From: Bacteroidota bacterium
GTDB taxonomy: Bacteria; Bacteroidota; Bacteroidia; JABEUT01
Length of the DNA: 64,000 bases
Assembly: GCA_013285805.1 (NCBI GenBank)
Contig: JABDGY010000002.1
Span: 6,011 to 70,010 of the forward strand
Direction of reading: 5' to 3'
Of the stretch, positions 31,666 through 41,247 are shown piece by piece (within the stretch, counting starts at the first letter, position 1; each line of letters starts with the position of its first letter). A program made the position numbers and the translations under genes. The notes below the pieces were generated by a model. The model saw nothing but the letters and a program-made list of their open reading frames with translations. It searched no databases and was not told the DNA's origin.

Positions 31666-33075
31666 ATGACCCCATTGACTGAGTGCAGAGGAATACCGCA
31701 GGTATTTCATAAATATTTCATAACCCGTATAAGGTTTGTGCTTATTGCATGTATTGCGGCACTATCATTACAGGCAAAGGCCCAGAACAAAACCACTACC
31801 GACACGGTTCCTTATTTAACCCTTGACCAGTGCATAGCTTATGCGCTGCAATACCAGCCACACGCAAAGCAAGCCCTTATAAATATTGATATTGCCCGGA
31901 AAACGAATGCCATAAATCTTGCCGGGTGGATGCCCCAGGTAAACTTAAGCGCAAATATTTATCATTATATCCAGCTCCCTACTTCACTTGTTACAAACCA
32001 ATCGAACCCCGACGGGCCACCTGTACCTGTAAAAGCGGGTGTTTCCAATACATCTACACCTCAGCTATCTGTTACCGAGGCCTTGTTCAGCCCAAACCTG
32101 CTATATTCAGCTGAAAGCGCCCATTTATTTGTGGAACAGGCAAAGCAAGCCAGCGACAGTAACCAGATAAACATTATTGCAGGCGTAAGCAAATCGTTTT
32201 ATAACTTGCTATTTAACCTGGAACAAATAACAGTTCTTATAGAAGACACAGCGCGCCTAGGTAAATCGGTAAGGGACGCTTACCACCAATATATAGGCGG
32301 TATTGTTGACAAAACAGATTACAAGGAAGCCATTATAACTCTTAATAACTCAAAGGCACAGCTAAAACAGGCCCAGGAAAATGTTATCCCTTTATATGCC
32401 CAGCTCCAGCAGGAAATGGGGTTTCCGCCTGAAAAAAAATTCAATGTGAATTTCGATACCGCTAAAATGATGAATGAAATAAAGGCCGACACTATACAGC
32501 AGCTTAAGTATGAAAACCGTATAGAATACCAGCTTCTTTCTACTTCGCAAAAACTGCAGCAACAAACCATAAATTATTATAAATATAATTTCCTGCCAAC
32601 CGTTTCAGCCTTTTATTTTTACAATTACGAATTTGAAAGTGACGATTTTTCATCATTATATTCCCAGGCTTATCCTTATTCATATATAGGAGCATCAATT
32701 AATATTCCTTTATTTACAGGCCTTGCGCGTTTGGAAGGCATACAAAGAGCAAAGCTACAGGGACAAATACTTGACCTTGATGCGGATAATCTTAAACTTA
32801 CCATTTATGCGGAATACACTTCTGCCCTCGCAAACTATAAAACCAACCTGTACGATTTAATGGCCTTACGGGAAAATGATGCGATGGCGAAAGACGTCTA
32901 CAATGTAGTTACGTTGCAATATAAACAGGGAATTGTAGCTTACCTGAATGTAATAACCGCTGAATCGAATTTAATCTCTTCCGAAATCAGTTATTTGAAT
33001 GCCCTCTTCCAGGTACTGTCGAGTAAGGTAGACCTGGAAAAAGCAATGGGTAATATAACACCATCAAAACATTGA
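31666..33075 (+). CDS. TolC-family outer-membrane efflux protein
   Basis: Signal peptide, two coiled-coil/beta repeat halves, and the first position of a TolC-MFP-RND operon. The true start may be GTG at 31738, which gives a typical signal peptide. Confidence 0.8.
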   Translation: MTPLTECRGIPQVFHKYFITRIRFVLIACIAALSLQAKAQNKTTTDTVPYLTLDQCIAYALQYQPHAKQALINIDIARKTNAINLAGWMPQVNLSANIYHYIQLPTSLVTNQSNPDGPPVPVKAGVSNTSTPQLSVTEALFSPNLLYSAESAHLFVEQAKQASDSNQINIIAGVSKSFYNLLFNLEQITVLIEDTARLGKSVRDAYHQYIGGIVDKTDYKEAIITLNNSKAQLKQAQENVIPLYAQLQQEMGFPPEKKFNVNFDTAKMMNEIKADTIQQLKYENRIEYQLLSTSQKLQQQTINYYKYNFLPTVSAFYFYNYEFESDDFSSLYSQAYPYSYIGASINIPLFTGLARLEGIQRAKLQGQILDLDADNLKLTIYAEYTSALANYKTNLYDLMALRENDAMAKDVYNVVTLQYKQGIVAYLNVITAESNLISSEISYLNALFQVLSSKVDLEKAMGNITPSKH

Positions 33076-33093
33076 CGATTTAAAAAACCTCTT

Positions 33094-34314
33094 ATGAAAA
33101 TACCCCATATTACTTTGTTGACAGGTTGCACGTTATTGGTTTGCTGCAGCCGGCCACAGGCGCCTAAAACTCCCGCGGTACCGGTTAACCTGTTCACTGT
33201 AAAAGCGCAAACAGTTTTATACTACGACAAGTACCCGGCTAATACGGTAGCGCTGAACCAGGTTGATTTAAGGCCCGAGGTGCAAGGCTATATAACTGAT
33301 ATTACTTTTACCGAAGGAACACATGTTCATAAAGGCCAGGAATTATATAAAATTGACCAGCGCCTGTTCCAGGACGCGTATGACCAGGCAAAAGCTAACC
33401 TGGAAGTAGCAAAAGGAAACCAGACCATGACCCAGCAGGATGCCGACAGGTACACTTATTTAAATAGCCAGGATGCCGTTGCCAAACAAACACTCGACCA
33501 TGCTGTTATAGCTTTGGAGCAGGCGAAAAACTCGGTAAAGGCAGCTGAACAAGCATTGAAAATAGCTGAAACTAATTTAACATACTCTGTAATTTCTGCT
33601 CCGTTCGACGGAACCATAGGCATAAGCCAGGTACGTTTGGGCAATATGGTTAGTGTAGGACAAACTGTATTGAATACAATTTCTACAGATGACCCTATGG
33701 GCGTTGATTTCCTCATTTCTGAAAAACAATTACAGCATTTCGAAGAACTGAAAGATGCCAAGGCGCAACCTGTAGATTCGCTCTTTTCAATTATCCTTCC
33801 CAATAATTCAGTATATCCTTATATGGGGAAAATTTCCATAATCGACCGCGCTGTTGACCCGCAAACAGGCACTATACGTGTGAGGGTTGTATTTCCTAAC
33901 CCAGACTTTTCACTTAAACCGGGCTTGAGTTGCGTGCTGCGGGTACACAACCTGGATACCCAGCCTGAACTGGTTGTACCGAGCAAGGCAGTAGTGGAGC
34001 TTATGGGCGAATATTTTGTTTACGTGGCGAAAGACACTTTAGCACGCGACCCCAAGGACTCGACAAAAACAAACCCTGCAACTATAGCCATACAGAAAAA
34101 GGTACAATTGGGCCAGACCGTACCTCCTAACGTAATTATTAAAGGTGGCCTTGCTGAAGGAACCCGCATAGTCCTGGATGGTGTACAATCATTACATACC
34201 GGTACAATAATAAGTGTAGGCCCAAAACCTGACGGTGCCAAGGGAGGAAAAGATGGGATGAGTAGTGATGGCGGCTCGAGCAGGAAGGACAGCACTAAAA
34301 AAGGTACACTCTAA
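33094..34314 (+). CDS. efflux RND transporter periplasmic adaptor subunit (MFP/HlyD family) lipoprotein
   Basis: Lipobox LLVCCS, biotinyl-lipoyl-like and beta-barrel MFP motifs, and a Gly/Ser-rich tail. Confidence 0.85.
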   Translation: MKIPHITLLTGCTLLVCCSRPQAPKTPAVPVNLFTVKAQTVLYYDKYPANTVALNQVDLRPEVQGYITDITFTEGTHVHKGQELYKIDQRLFQDAYDQAKANLEVAKGNQTMTQQDADRYTYLNSQDAVAKQTLDHAVIALEQAKNSVKAAEQALKIAETNLTYSVISAPFDGTIGISQVRLGNMVSVGQTVLNTISTDDPMGVDFLISEKQLQHFEELKDAKAQPVDSLFSIILPNNSVYPYMGKISIIDRAVDPQTGTIRVRVVFPNPDFSLKPGLSCVLRVHNLDTQPELVVPSKAVVELMGEYFVYVAKDTLARDPKDSTKTNPATIAIQKKVQLGQTVPPNVIIKGGLAEGTRIVLDGVQSLHTGTIISVGPKPDGAKGGKDGMSSDGGSSRKDSTKKGTL

Positions 34315-34343
34315 TTATTTTCTAAACAGGTTTTGCAACAGGC

Positions 34344-37300
34344 ATGATAGCAGATACATTCATCCGAAGGCCCGTTACCGCGATAGTCGTATCGCTGGTA
34401 TTAGCCATAATCGGTGCCATATGTATCCTTAGCCTTCCTGTTAATCAATATCCCGACATTACACCTCCGGTTGTACAGGTTACTGCTCAATATACCGGTG
34501 CCGATGCCCAGACTGTTGAACAGACAGTTACTACTCCTATAGAGGAGCAAATAAACGGAGCGCACGGCATGGAATACATGCAAAGTAATAGTGGCAATAA
34601 TGGCCTTATGACCATTAACACAACGTTTAAGGTTGGAACTAATATTGATATTGCGACACTCGACGTTCAAAACAGGGTAAGTATTGCCACACCTTTGTTG
34701 CCTGCGGCTGTAGCACGTTTAGGCCTTCCGGTTCGCGCACTTAATCCCAGCGCACTGATGCTCATTGCTCTTTATTCTCCCAAGGGTACTCACAACATCA
34801 CATTCCTTGATAATTACACCAACATATTTATTATGGATGCATTGTTGCGTGTACCCGGTGTGGGAGCTATTACAACCGGTGCCGATAATTTTAGTATGCG
34901 CGTATGGCTGAATCCGGATAAAATGGCCGATTATTCTTTGTCGCCAACCGATGTAATTAACGCTTTGAATGAGCAGAATCTCCAGGTAGCCGCAGGCTCT
35001 GCGGGTGTGCCCCCGCAACAAAAAGCTCAAACCTACGAATTGAGTATTCTTGTAAACGGGCGGTTGAGCAAAGTTTCTGATTTTGAAAATATAATTGTAA
35101 AAACCCTTCCTGATTCGGGCAAAATTGTTTACCTGAAAGATGTGGGAAGGGTTGAGTTGGGCAAATTCACATATTCCAGCAATTCCTATGTAGATGATAA
35201 ACGTGCATCTATACTTACCTTGTATCAAACTCCCGGCAGCAATGCACTGCAAACGGCTGCCGCAGTAATAAAAGAGCTTGATTTATTAAAACAATCATTC
35301 CCGTCAGATGTAGATTACAATATTCCTTTTGAAACGGTAACTGTAGTTAAAGTATCAATGCAGGAAGTTGTTGAAACACTTATTATAGCGCTTTGCCTTG
35401 TGGCATTTGTTGTATTCCTGTTCCTTCAAAACTGGCGCGCTACTTTAATCCCGGTTTTAGCCATACCCGTTTCTATCTTAGGCACATTCGCTTTCTTCAT
35501 TCCCTTAGGGTTCACCATTAATACACTTACCATGTTTGGTTTTGTGCTGGCTATTGGAATTGTGGTAGACGATGCCATTATTGTGGTGGAAGCGGTTCAG
35601 CATTATATCGATCATAAAAAAATGACGGTAAAAGAAGCTACTCATGCAGCGATGAAAGATATTTCTGCGCCTGTAGTGGCTATTGCACTTATTCTTGCAT
35701 CTGTATTCGTACCTGTGGGTTTCATACCAGGTATTGTAGGCCGCCTTTACCAGCAGTTTGCTATAACCATTGCGGTTTCAATAGTACTATCTGCTTTTAT
35801 AGCCCTTTCACTTACACCTGCCTTATGTACATTGTTGTTAAAGCCATATAAAATTGATGAGAAAGCTAAAGGGCTTAATAAGTTTTTCTTCAAGTTCAAT
35901 ACGTGGTTTGAATCTCTTACAAACAAATATTCTCACGGTGTGCAAAGAGGTATCCGTAAATCGAGATATGTAGTTATTCTTTTATTATGCATAGCTATAG
36001 CAACCTTTTTCCTTTTCGAGCACAAACCATCAGGGTTTATTCCAAACGAAGATAACGGGCTTGTTTATGTAACATTTGAATTACCGGAAGCATCGGCCAC
36101 TACACAATCAATTGATGTAATGACCAAATTAATGAACATAGTTTCTAAAACTCCGGGTGTAGAACATTACGCAGCGTTGGCAGGTTTCAATGTTATAACA
36201 GGTGCTACAAAATCAAACAGTGGGACGATATACCTTCAGCTTAAGCCCTGGGACGAGCGTAAGGAGACAAGCCAGCAAATACCCGACTTATTGGATACGT
36301 TAAGGGCCCGCATTAACAGGGCAAGGATCAACAATGCAAATATTGTAGTTATCCCACCTGCTCCAATTCCAGGAATTGGCCAAACTGCCGGTTTTAGTTT
36401 CCAGATAGAACAACGTAATACCAACGATGATGTTCAGGCATTTGAAACTGTGGTGAAGAATTTTGTGGCAGCAGCAAATAAAGACCCTGCCATTACAGGG
36501 GCATTCAGTTATTATTCTGCACATACCCCCAGTTATAACCTTACCGTTAACAGAGAGAAATGCAAAAAAATGGGGGTTAGCGTTTCTGATGTATTTACGG
36601 CCATACAGGTATATATGGGCAGTTATTACGTAAACGATTTCACTTTGTATAACCGTACATTCCACGTAGTGGTTCAGGCAGATACCATATATCGCAAAAT
36701 GATAACGAGTATGGATAAATATTACGTCCGTAACCAATCGGGACAAATGCTGCCATTAAGTACACTTATCAGTTATCAGCCCTCAGAAACAGCTCCTTTA
36801 TTATCTCATTTCGATATATTCCGTTCGGCTGAAGTGGATGGATCATCTCCCGAAGGCTATAGTAGCGGCCAGTCTATAGATGCATTGCAAAAGCTTGCAG
36901 ATAAAACACTGCCACAAGGTTATGGGTACGATTTTTCCGGATTGAGCTATGAGGAAATACAGGCCGGCACACTTACCATCTACATATTTTTATTTTCGCT
37001 TTTGTTTGTTTTTCTTTTCCTGGCGGCTCTCTATGAAAGCTGGTCGGTACCGTTTTCCGTATTGCTGGCTGTGCCTATCGGGGCTTTTGGTGCTATACTC
37101 ACGCTTATTTGTATTCCCAGCCTTACAGATAATGTATATGCGCAAATAGGGCTCATTACACTTATAGGGCTTGCCGCCAAAAACGCAATACTTATCGTAG
37201 AATATGCCAAAGTTCGTGTTGATAATGGTGAAGACCTTATTGAATCAACTATTGATGCGGTTAAGCTAAGGCTACGACCCATTGTAATGACCTCACTGGC

Positions 37301-37538
37301 ATTTATTTTGGGTGTAATGCCGCTAGTGTTTGCTTCAGGTGCCGGTGCAGTGGCACGCAGAACAATTGGTGTTACCGTACTTGGCGGAATGGTTGCAGCT
37401 TCATCAATTGCCATATTTATTGTTCCTGTACTTTTTGTAGTAATTGTAAAAATAGCTTATGGCAAAAAGGAACTCGAATACCTTGCCCAGCACCGTGATG
37501 AATTGACTGCAAAAGTAAACGAACAGAACCAGCACTAA
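34344..37538 (+). CDS. efflux RND transporter permease subunit (AcrB/MdtB-like), paralogue 1
   Basis: 1064 aa with 12 TM helices and conserved RND TM4 motifs (GIVVDDAIIVVE). Confidence 0.9.
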   Translation: MIADTFIRRPVTAIVVSLVLAIIGAICILSLPVNQYPDITPPVVQVTAQYTGADAQTVEQTVTTPIEEQINGAHGMEYMQSNSGNNGLMTINTTFKVGTNIDIATLDVQNRVSIATPLLPAAVARLGLPVRALNPSALMLIALYSPKGTHNITFLDNYTNIFIMDALLRVPGVGAITTGADNFSMRVWLNPDKMADYSLSPTDVINALNEQNLQVAAGSAGVPPQQKAQTYELSILVNGRLSKVSDFENIIVKTLPDSGKIVYLKDVGRVELGKFTYSSNSYVDDKRASILTLYQTPGSNALQTAAAVIKELDLLKQSFPSDVDYNIPFETVTVVKVSMQEVVETLIIALCLVAFVVFLFLQNWRATLIPVLAIPVSILGTFAFFIPLGFTINTLTMFGFVLAIGIVVDDAIIVVEAVQHYIDHKKMTVKEATHAAMKDISAPVVAIALILASVFVPVGFIPGIVGRLYQQFAITIAVSIVLSAFIALSLTPALCTLLLKPYKIDEKAKGLNKFFFKFNTWFESLTNKYSHGVQRGIRKSRYVVILLLCIAIATFFLFEHKPSGFIPNEDNGLVYVTFELPEASATTQSIDVMTKLMNIVSKTPGVEHYAALAGFNVITGATKSNSGTIYLQLKPWDERKETSQQIPDLLDTLRARINRARINNANIVVIPPAPIPGIGQTAGFSFQIEQRNTNDDVQAFETVVKNFVAAANKDPAITGAFSYYSAHTPSYNLTVNREKCKKMGVSVSDVFTAIQVYMGSYYVNDFTLYNRTFHVVVQADTIYRKMITSMDKYYVRNQSGQMLPLSTLISYQPSETAPLLSHFDIFRSAEVDGSSPEGYSSGQSIDALQKLADKTLPQGYGYDFSGLSYEEIQAGTLTIYIFLFSLLFVFLFLAALYESWSVPFSVLLAVPIGAFGAILTLICIPSLTDNVYAQIGLITLIGLAAKNAILIVEYAKVRVDNGEDLIESTIDAVKLRLRPIVMTSLAFILGVMPLVFASGAGAVARRTIGVTVLGGMVAASSIAIFIVPVLFVVIVKIAYGKKELEYLAQHRDELTAKVNEQNQH

Positions 37539-37539
37539 T

Positions 37540-40500
37540 ATGATTGCTGACGTATTCATCAGGCGACCTGTTACTGCAATAGTTATAGCTTTAGTAATAG
37601 CTATATTGGGTACAATCTGCATTTTTACTCTTCCTATTAACCAGTACCCCAACATTACTCCGCCGGGTGTTTCGGTTAGCACAACCTATACCGGTGCCGA
37701 TGCGCAAACAGTTGAGCAGAATGTGGCTATTCCTATGGAAGAGGCTATTAACGGGGTTAACGGAATGGAATACATAACCAGCAACAGTACCAGCACCGGC
37801 GCCTTATCTATAAGCACTACTTTTAAAGTTGGCACCAATGTTGATATTGCTGCACTTGATGTGCAAAACAGGGTAGGATTAGCCACCCCCATGTTGCCTA
37901 CGGCCGTAAGCCAGCTGGGTGTAACGGTACGTGCAAAAAACACAAGCGCTTTAATGTTGGTAGCCCTGTATTCGCCCAAGGGTACTCACAATATTACTTT
38001 TCTCGATAACTACAATACCATTTACGTAATGGATGCACTGCTCCGTGTACCGGGCGTCGGAGATGTTAGCAGCCGTGCCGATAATTTCAGCATGCGTATA
38101 TGGATGGACCCGGATAAAATGGCTTCATTTTCTTTAATGCCACAGGATATTAAAAATGCATTGGACGAACAGAATGTTGAAGTTGCTGCCGGTGCAGTTG
38201 GCTCTCCACCGCAAGACCCAAGCCAGGCGTATGAAATGACCGTTCTGGTAAACGGGCGATTAACTACAGTTTCTGACTTTGAAAATATTGTTGTAAAAAC
38301 AATACCCGCTACAGGCGAAATGGTTTACATGAAAGACGTTGCAAGGGTTGAGCTTGGTAAATTTACATTTTCAAGTAATTCTTTTGTAGATGGCAAACGT
38401 GCTTCTTTTTTGCAGGTTTTCCAGCTTCCGTCAAGCAATGCGCTTGATGTTGCCAATGGTGTATATGCGGCACTTGAGAAATTAAAAAAGACATTTCCTG
38501 AGGATGTGGATTATAAAGTGCCATTTGAGGCGGTTACTATTGTAAAGGTTTCAATGATGGAAGTGGTTAAGACACTTATTATTGCACTTTGCCTGGTGGC
38601 TTTTGTTGTGTTCCTGTTTCTTCAGAACTGGAGAACTACAATCATTCCGCTTTTGGCAATCCCTGTGTCTATCATTGGTACGTTTATCTTCTTTGTTCCC
38701 TTAGGGTTTACTATAAACACACTTACCATGTTTGGCTTTGTGCTGGCCATCGGTATTGTGGTTGATGATGCTATTATTGTGGTAGAGGCCGTACAGCACT
38801 ATATTGATGTGGAAAAGATGCCTGCAAAGGAAGCGACTATACATGCCATGAAAGACATAACGGGCCCGGTAATTGCTGTTGCGCTGATACTGGCCGCAGT
38901 ATTTGTTCCTGTAGCCTTTATACCCGGTATTGTTGGTCGCCTGTACCAGCAATTTGCTATTACAATAGCTGTATCAATCCTTATATCGGCCTTTACGGCC
39001 CTTTCTTTAACTCCTGCATTATGTACACTGCTCTTAAAGCCACACCACATTGACAAGAGCTCAAAAGGGCTTAATAAATTCTTTTATTTATTTAATTCGC
39101 GCTTCGAAAGATTTATTTACCGCTATTCAAATGGGGTAAAGCGTGGAATTCATAACTCCAAATATGTAATTGTACTTTTAGTTTGCATTGGAGTAGCTAC
39201 GTTTTTCCTGTTTAAAATCAAGCCTTCGGGTTTTATTCCTAATGAAGACTCGGGGCGCGTGCAGATTACCTATGAGCTGCCCGAAGCATCATCTACTACT
39301 CAGTCGGTTGAATTTATTACTAAATTAATGAAGGTGATTATGGAAACTCCTGGAGTAGGGCACTTTGGAGCCCTGTCTGGCCTTAATATAAGTAATGGCG
39401 CCGCAAAATCGAATAGCGGCACTATATTCTGCCAGCTTAAACCGTGGGATGAACGGAGTGACCCAAAGGAACAGGTAACAGGCACTACAACAGGAATAAT
39501 TGGTGAAATGTATAAGCGTATTGCAAAGGCCGATTTGAAAAACGGGAAAGTAACCATTATGCAACCGGCCCCTATTCCCGGTATTGGAATATCGGCGGGA
39601 TTCACTTTTATGATTGAGCAGCGAAATACAAATGACGATGTGCATGCATTTGAAACTGTTGTAAAGAAATTTGTAGCTGAGGCCAATAAGAATCCTGCTA
39701 TTTCAAAAGCTGTAAGCTATTACTCAGCACATACTCCCAGTTACGAACTTACAGTTGACAGGGAAAAATGCAAGAAAATGGGGGTAAATATTGCCGACGT
39801 ATTTTCTACTATCCAGGGATATATGGGCAGCGATTTTGTGAACAATTTCACCCTCTATAATCGTACTTTTCACGTAGTTATACAGGCCGATACCTTATAC
39901 CGCAGGTTTGTAACCGATATGGATAAATATTATATCCGGAATGATTCAGGAGCAATGCTGCCGCTGCGATCCCTGATTACTTATGTACCCATAGAAGCCG
40001 CGCCGGTTATATCGCATTTTAACATTTTCCGTTCAGCCGAAGTAGATGGTGGTTCACCGCAGGGTTACAGCAGCGGGCAAACCATGGATGCTTTGAAAGA
40101 TGTAGCAGCAAAAGTTCTGCCAAGGGGTTATGGCTACGAATGGTCAGGCTTAAGCTATGAGGAAATAGTTGCGGGTTCACAAACTATTTACATTTTTATG
40201 TTCTCGCTTATTTTTGTTTTTCTTTTCCTGGCGGCTCTCTATGAAAGCTGGTCGGTACCCTTTTCTGTTATGCTTTCAGTTCCTATAGGCGCATTCGGAG
40301 CTATACTTACACTTATATGCCTTCCATCGTTAAGCAACAATGTTTATGCACAGATAGGGCTTATAACGCTAATTGGCCTGGCAGCTAAAAATGCCATTCT
40401 TATTGTTGAATACGCTAAGGTAAGGGTAGACAATGGTGAGGAACTCATTCAGTCCACTATTGATGCAGTTTCATTGCGGTTACGCCCTATACTCATGACA

Positions 40501-40731
40501 TCTTTTGCATTTATTTTTGGCGTATTACCAATGGCGCTGGCAACAGGAGCCGGTGCTGTAGCAAGGCAAACTATAGGATTTACCGTATTAGGTGGAATGA
40601 TAGCTGCATCCTCTCTAGCTATCTTTATAGTGCCCGTTCTTTTTGTGGTTATAATTAAATTAGCCTATGGAAAGAAGAAGCTGGAATACCTGGCCTTACA
40701 CCGTAATGAGTCGACCAATAAGACTAAATAA
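37540..40731 (+). CDS. efflux RND transporter permease subunit, paralogue 2 (tandem duplicate)
   Basis: 1063 aa. The N-terminus MIADVFIRRPVTAIVIAL is near-identical to paralogue 1, and the ATG sits 1 bp after the stop of paralogue 1. Confidence 0.9.
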   Translation: MIADVFIRRPVTAIVIALVIAILGTICIFTLPINQYPNITPPGVSVSTTYTGADAQTVEQNVAIPMEEAINGVNGMEYITSNSTSTGALSISTTFKVGTNVDIAALDVQNRVGLATPMLPTAVSQLGVTVRAKNTSALMLVALYSPKGTHNITFLDNYNTIYVMDALLRVPGVGDVSSRADNFSMRIWMDPDKMASFSLMPQDIKNALDEQNVEVAAGAVGSPPQDPSQAYEMTVLVNGRLTTVSDFENIVVKTIPATGEMVYMKDVARVELGKFTFSSNSFVDGKRASFLQVFQLPSSNALDVANGVYAALEKLKKTFPEDVDYKVPFEAVTIVKVSMMEVVKTLIIALCLVAFVVFLFLQNWRTTIIPLLAIPVSIIGTFIFFVPLGFTINTLTMFGFVLAIGIVVDDAIIVVEAVQHYIDVEKMPAKEATIHAMKDITGPVIAVALILAAVFVPVAFIPGIVGRLYQQFAITIAVSILISAFTALSLTPALCTLLLKPHHIDKSSKGLNKFFYLFNSRFERFIYRYSNGVKRGIHNSKYVIVLLVCIGVATFFLFKIKPSGFIPNEDSGRVQITYELPEASSTTQSVEFITKLMKVIMETPGVGHFGALSGLNISNGAAKSNSGTIFCQLKPWDERSDPKEQVTGTTTGIIGEMYKRIAKADLKNGKVTIMQPAPIPGIGISAGFTFMIEQRNTNDDVHAFETVVKKFVAEANKNPAISKAVSYYSAHTPSYELTVDREKCKKMGVNIADVFSTIQGYMGSDFVNNFTLYNRTFHVVIQADTLYRRFVTDMDKYYIRNDSGAMLPLRSLITYVPIEAAPVISHFNIFRSAEVDGGSPQGYSSGQTMDALKDVAAKVLPRGYGYEWSGLSYEEIVAGSQTIYIFMFSLIFVFLFLAALYESWSVPFSVMLSVPIGAFGAILTLICLPSLSNNVYAQIGLITLIGLAAKNAILIVEYAKVRVDNGEELIQSTIDAVSLRLRPILMTSFAFIFGVLPMALATGAGAVARQTIGFTVLGGMIAASSLAIFIVPVLFVVIIKLAYGKKKLEYLALHRNESTNKTK

Positions 40732-40735
40732 GAAC

Positions 40736-40987
40736 ATGAATAATAAGGGTAACGACAAACCTGATGATCCGGGTTCGGATACTGAGCCTGAACAAAAAAG
40801 GCCCAAATTCTGGGGTACTGTTTATATATTACTGGGTATGATAAGTCTTGCTTTTTCGGTCTACTCACTTATTAATAGTTTCGGTACTGTTCCATTGTAT
40901 GGCACGGTAACAGCCTCAGTACTCATCGGGGCACTCGGAATATTCCTGATTATATACGGCTACAGGATACTTAAAAGGGATTACTAA
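40736..40987 (+). CDS. small membrane protein (about 83 aa, two TM helices), hypothetical
   Basis: ATG at 40736 lies just after the RND stop. Hydrophobic segments are YILLGMISLAFSVYSL and SVLIGALGIFLIIYGY. The ORF-track start at 40667 overlaps the RND gene. Confidence 0.4.
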   Translation: MNNKGNDKPDDPGSDTEPEQKRPKFWGTVYILLGMISLAFSVYSLINSFGTVPLYGTVTASVLIGALGIFLIIYGYRILKRDY

Positions 40988-41165
40988 TTCTGTCACAGCC
41001 CTGTCGTCAACTTACAATTGGCCTGACTACTATCTTCATATTAAACCTTCCGGATCAAATAAGTTTCTTATATGAATACGTTTTCAATGAATTGCTTTTA
41101 AATAATCCTGCTATCACAAAAAGATACTATCGTCTCTATTCATTAATACTCAACTAGCTTAAATA

Positions 41166-41203
41166 AGAAAGCCCCCCGAATACTCGGGGGGCTTTCTGTT
41201 TTT
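41166..41203. terminator. Rho-independent terminator (bidirectional) between convergent genes
   Basis: Perfect 14-bp stem AGAAAGCCCCCCGA / TCGGGGGGCTTTCT with loop ATAC, followed by GTTTTT and preceded by an A-run. Confidence 0.8.
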
Positions 41204-41247
41204 ACTTATGACGATATTATTTTTTCATAATACCAATCACTGGCATA

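Noticed and set aside
40667-40735. Upstream extension of the small membrane protein ORF that overlaps the end of the RND permease gene
   Set aside because: The extension overlaps the RND gene in another frame. The ATG at 40736, just after the RND stop, gives the sensible gene model.
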